Shown here one piece after another: positions 48,865-52,458 of a stretch of DNA of 52,458 nucleotides (position 1 is the stretch's first letter; every line of letters starts with the position of its first letter). Source of the stretch: Candidatus Sigynarchaeum calidifontis (GTDB lineage Archaea; Asgardarchaeota; Lokiarchaeia; Sigyniarchaeales; Sigyniarchaeaceae); the NCBI GenBank assembly GCA_030587475.2, contig JAUQYZ020000122.1, forward strand, positions 1-52,458, written 5' to 3'. A program made the translations under genes and the position numbers. A model generated the notes under the pieces. The model did not search any database. It saw only the letters and a program-made list of their open reading frames with translations, and was not told where the DNA came from.

Positions 48865-49770
48865 ATGCTTGAGGCGAGCATCACGCGCGTTCGATTGAAA
48901 TCCGATTTCATATCGGTCATCATCGCGGATAACGAGAGATCCTTTTTCAAGCACCAGCGGGGTTATAACGGCATTGCAAGCCTCGCTTTGCGAGGTGGCA
49001 TCAGGGACTTAAAAAGAAGAAGGAATATTTTCGTTCCAGCATATGCGGGCTTGAATCTGGAGCATTATTTTGACGAGCATAACAGGGAACGGGACATCTT
49101 ATTCCACCCGAGGCGACATCCCATGCTCGTCGCCCGGTGGAAGGAAGCAAACAGCGCCGTGCTCACGCAAGACCCGTTCGCGCCGTGGCACGTCTCGTAC
49201 GCAGCGACCTTCGTTGTCTCTGGTAACAATCGCATCGATTTCTCGATGGAAATCACGCCGCATGGCAAGGAGATCGAAAAATCCAGCTTTCTCGGCGTGT
49301 TCTGGGCGAGTTATATCGACCATCCGGCACATTGCGGCATCAATTTTATGGGACACGGACGTGGCGAGAAAGCCGCGGACAAGCGCTGGATCTATCTCGA
49401 AACCGCAGTGCACGGCGAGAAGAGCTCGGTTATGCCGGCCGCGGCGAGCTTCATCCCTGCATTTGCCCCAGAACTCCCGAAAAACTGGCTCTTCGCGAGC
49501 AAGGGTGACTACGTCCACGATATCCCGCTCTTCTACGGCGTGTCGGGGGGTACCATGCTGGCTTTCATGTTCAAGGACAAGGAAAGGGTCTGGTTCGCGC
49601 ATTCGCCATCCGGCGGCGGCCCGGGATGCCCAGCATGGGATTTTTTCGCCCTTTTCCCATCGCCGCGAGCTGGCGAGACGTATAAGGTGCGAGGCCGGCT
49701 CATCGCGAAGCCGTTCATCTCGGCGGGTGATGTCCTCGCGGAATACGATGCTTTCGAGCACGGGACCTGA
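48865..49770 (+). CDS. Hypothetical aromatic-rich beta protein (possibly galactose-mutarotase-like)
   Basis: 301 aa with YNGIASL, YAGLNLEH, FWASYI and SPSGGG..PAWDF. The fold call is tentative. Confidence 0.6.
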   Translation: MLEASITRVRLKSDFISVIIADNERSFFKHQRGYNGIASLALRGGIRDLKRRRNIFVPAYAGLNLEHYFDEHNRERDILFHPRRHPMLVARWKEANSAVLTQDPFAPWHVSYAATFVVSGNNRIDFSMEITPHGKEIEKSSFLGVFWASYIDHPAHCGINFMGHGRGEKAADKRWIYLETAVHGEKSSVMPAAASFIPAFAPELPKNWLFASKGDYVHDIPLFYGVSGGTMLAFMFKDKERVWFAHSPSGGGPGCPAWDFFALFPSPRAGETYKVRGRLIAKPFISAGDVLAEYDAFEHGT

Positions 49771-49855
49771 AATACACAGCAGCACGCGTATATTATGAGC
49801 CCTTAAGATGTACCTTTTTATAGGGCCATCATTGCTACGCTCCGTGCCCCGGTTG

Positions 49856-50749
49856 ATGACCATGACGACTGCGCGCCAAGCGATCCATTGGGACGACGGG
49901 AAAGTGCCGTTCCCCTGGCTGAACTCGTGGATGCACCAGCGGATCCCCCTCCAGGAGAACATCAAGGGCACAACGGAAAGGAAACATGGCCATCACCACG
50001 AAGGACTACATCTCGCGGAATCATTGCTCACCCGTTTCGTGAAACGCACGCACCTTCTCCGGCATCGATGGGTCACCTACCGTATCGTCATGGGCGTTGT
50101 CCACGTGTACATGAGGATATTCCATCGCCTTCAGATCCGCGGGGAAGAAAACATCCCGAAGGGAGGCGCAATCTTCTACTTGCTCCACAATGGTGATAAC
50201 GATGTCATCATCTTCCTCGGCGCTTTCAAGAAACCAATCGGGGTCTTCACGGACATCGGGACGGGGCTGTTTCCCGACTTCATGGAACGGTTTTTCGGGT
50301 TCGTGACGCGCCGGGGCACGCGGGAAGTCATGGTCGAGAAGATGATCCGCACGATCTGGCAAAAAAACAAGTACTTCGTCATATGGCCCGAAGGAACACC
50401 GAGCCGCGACGGGCGACCGCAGCAGGGCTTCTCCGGGATCGTACGCGTCTACGCGACCTTGAACGCGAGGAAAGACATCATTCCCTTCGTGCCCGTGCTC
50501 GCGCGCGGCGGCGAGATCTTCAGAAACAAGAATTCACGCAGGTTGCAAAAATACCTCGTCGAGTACCTCAAGCCGATCTACATCCCTCGAGGCTGGCTGG
50601 CGAAACCCGAGGACGGGGGAAAGACACCACGGGAGATCATCGACGCGCTCATGCTCGTGCTTGCGCGCAAGGTCGGGTACACGACGCTCAAGCAGAACTA
50701 CGCGCTCGAGCGACGTCGACATGCCGGGGGCCGCCCGTGGCGGGAATGA
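49856..50749 (+). CDS. plsC: PlsC-family lysophospholipid acyltransferase
   Basis: IRGEENIP, HX4D motif (HNGDND), FVTR, IWPEGT and PFVPV. Start is uncertain (49808 or 49856). Confidence 0.8.
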   Translation: MTMTTARQAIHWDDGKVPFPWLNSWMHQRIPLQENIKGTTERKHGHHHEGLHLAESLLTRFVKRTHLLRHRWVTYRIVMGVVHVYMRIFHRLQIRGEENIPKGGAIFYLLHNGDNDVIIFLGAFKKPIGVFTDIGTGLFPDFMERFFGFVTRRGTREVMVEKMIRTIWQKNKYFVIWPEGTPSRDGRPQQGFSGIVRVYATLNARKDIIPFVPVLARGGEIFRNKNSRRLQKYLVEYLKPIYIPRGWLAKPEDGGKTPREIIDALMLVLARKVGYTTLKQNYALERRRHAGGRPWRE

Positions 50750-50768
50750 AGCGAACATGTAGCGGGAT

Positions 50769-51890
50769 CTATTCTTGATCGAACGGGTTTTCCTCGGGCT
50801 TCTTTACTTCCGCGAAAAACAGGCCGGTGTCAACCCCGTTCTCTTTCAACGCGACCATAACTGCCCTGCTGGCAGGCTGGAGGGGGTTACCCTTGACCTC
50901 GATGTGCTTCAAGTCGCCCAGCTCTTTCAAGTCGTCTGGGAGCGCCGTGATCCGGTTCGCGAGCAAATCGATGCGCTGGATGCCCCTCGGAAACATGGGC
51001 ACGGCCTCGAGCAGGTTCATGTTTGCATCGAACACCCGCAAGGATGACAGCTCGTGGAACGGCTCGGGCACAGACGACAAGTAGTTCTTGCTCACGTTCA
51101 ACACCTTCAGCTCCTTCAAGCCAAGAAATGACGCTGGAAGCGACTCGATCTTGTTTTCCTGGATGTTGAGTTCCTTCAGATGTTGAAGCTGGCCAATACT
51201 CGAGGGAACGCCACGGAGCTCGTTTTTATACAAGAGCAACTGTTCCAGCATCTTGAGACCGCCGATGGAATCGGGCAGCTGCTTGAGATGGTTCTTGCCG
51301 AGTTCCAGGACTTGCAAAGACTCGAGATTGCCGATGGATTCTGGAAGGGTCTCGATCGCGTTGTCTTGAAGGTACAAGCTCTTCAACTTGGCGAGCCGTC
51401 CGATCGATGCTGGCAAGCTGGCAAGCTTGTTACCCGACACGTAAAGCAGCTCGAGCGATTGTAGGTTGCCGATGCTCGCTGGCAGCGACGTGAGGGCGTT
51501 CCCCACCACGTCCTCCTCGCCCCGTCCCTTTTCGTTGCCCGTGAGATAGAGCTTCTTGAGCTGGGTCAATTTCCCGATGCTCTCGGGGAGGGAAACGAGC
51601 TGGTTTTGCCACAAGTCAAGCTTCTGAAGGCTGGAAAGCTGGTCGATGCTATCCGGGAGCGATTTTATCCGGTTGCCGACGAGGTACAAGATCTTGAGAG
51701 CTTTCAAGTCCAGGACGGCAGACGGGATGTCCTCGATGCCCAAACCGTGCAAGCTGAGCCCGATTGCCTCGCGCTTGGAATTGTACATGACCCCCGTGGC
51801 TTCCTCGGTGACAAAACGACGTTCTGGTATGGGAATGCCGAATTCCTTTGTTAATGTCGCTATCACTTGCTCGTCGGGCATATTCGCCAT
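50769..51890 (-). CDS. Leucine-rich repeat protein
   Basis: About 11 repeats of roughly 23 aa, consensus LxxLPxSIGxLxxLxxLxLxxN. Confidence 0.93.
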   Translation of the reverse strand: MANMPDEQVIATLTKEFGIPIPERRFVTEEATGVMYNSKREAIGLSLHGLGIEDIPSAVLDLKALKILYLVGNRIKSLPDSIDQLSSLQKLDLWQNQLVSLPESIGKLTQLKKLYLTGNEKGRGEEDVVGNALTSLPASIGNLQSLELLYVSGNKLASLPASIGRLAKLKSLYLQDNAIETLPESIGNLESLQVLELGKNHLKQLPDSIGGLKMLEQLLLYKNELRGVPSSIGQLQHLKELNIQENKIESLPASFLGLKELKVLNVSKNYLSSVPEPFHELSSLRVFDANMNLLEAVPMFPRGIQRIDLLANRITALPDDLKELGDLKHIEVKGNPLQPASRAVMVALKENGVDTGLFFAEVKKPEENPFDQE

Positions 51891-52077
51891 GACCTTTCCT
51901 CATGGAAGCACGTTTAAAATGCATTGCGATGACCGGCCTCAACTTCTTGATGCCAGCCGAGCCCCCTCAATGAAAAAAAGGGGAATCAACCTTGAATCGC
52001 GCGAAATAAACATGCAATTAAACGAGAACGACGACTGCATCCCTTTTTTTTGCAACGCGCATGCAATTTAAACTCGA

Positions 52078-52458
52078 TCACCCGGCATCTTTCGTCTTGG
52101 TATCCCCCGCCGATCCTTTCGTTTCCGAGACGCGCTCGGGAACGACACCACCAGCCGTTTTTGCATCCTTCTTTCGTAATCTCGAGTGAAGCCAGAAGAT
52201 CACGACGACCAGCGCGCCGGTCACGATGAGCAACGGCCACGGCATCTCACCACCAAAACCAATGGAATACGGCCATTCCGCCCACGACTCGATGAACTCG
52301 TCAGAATAATTGTTCATCGCGTGAAAGGTGCAGACGTACATCAAGTACGCGAAATAGGGAAAAGACGTGAAGAGAAAATTATGGTTGGTGATCTCCATCG
52401 AGAAAAACATGACACTAGAATCATTGTCGCCGATAAACCATTCCGCGAGGACGGTCTC
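52078..52458 (-). CDS. Membrane protein, 5'-truncated by the window edge
   Basis: The frame is open to 52458 and has a C-terminal TM, MPWPLLIVTGALVVVIFW. Confidence 0.6.
   Translation of the reverse strand, partial: ETVLAEWFIGDNDSSVMFFSMEITNHNFLFTSFPYFAYLMYVCTFHAMNNYSDEFIESWAEWPYSIGFGGEMPWPLLIVTGALVVVIFWLHSRLRKKDAKTAGGVVPERVSETKGSAGDTKTKDAG

Noticed and set aside
1-52458. CRISPR array, IS element, integrase or prophage
   Set aside because: I saw no spaced direct repeats, no transposase, integrase or capsid motifs, and no duplicated tRNA 3' ends.
1-52458. Genome-wide TAG reassignment
   Set aside because: About 11 genes end in TAG at natural C-termini (e.g. 7811, 17733, 30516, 33116, 34665).
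1-52458. Selenoprotein with in-frame TGA and SECIS
   Set aside because: No gene appears split at a TGA occupying a Cys position.

Overview
This 52.5 kb window is gene-dense chromosomal DNA with about 45 CDS and 3 tRNA genes, two of them intron-containing. I saw no CRISPR array, integrase, transposase or rRNA. It is almost certainly archaeal (BHB-type tRNA intron, TATA-like promoters, oligo-T terminators). By inference it is Asgard (Lokiarchaeia/Sigynarchaeia-like), because it holds several eukaryotic-signature-type proteins: a tandem double Arf/Sar-like GTPase with duplicated helical modules, a Zn-finger-roadblock protein, a giant surface protein with a cytoplasmic longin-like domain, a 6-TM protein with a C-terminal RING-like domain, a multi-winged-helix PCI-like protein, a choline-transporter-like (CTL/SLC44) protein, an NSUN6-like methyltransferase and an LRR protein. 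Metabolic genes include tupABC with a ModE-like box, a metal-homeostasis cluster, a 2-hydroxyacyl-CoA dehydratase/benzoyl-CoA reductase-like pair, GlmU, class II FBP aldolase, a surface glycoside hydrolase, an M6 protease and PlsC. Two genes have in-frame stops: a GNAT gene (one TAG) and a TGT-like gene at the left edge (two TAA). All family calls come from motifs read by eye, not from database searches.
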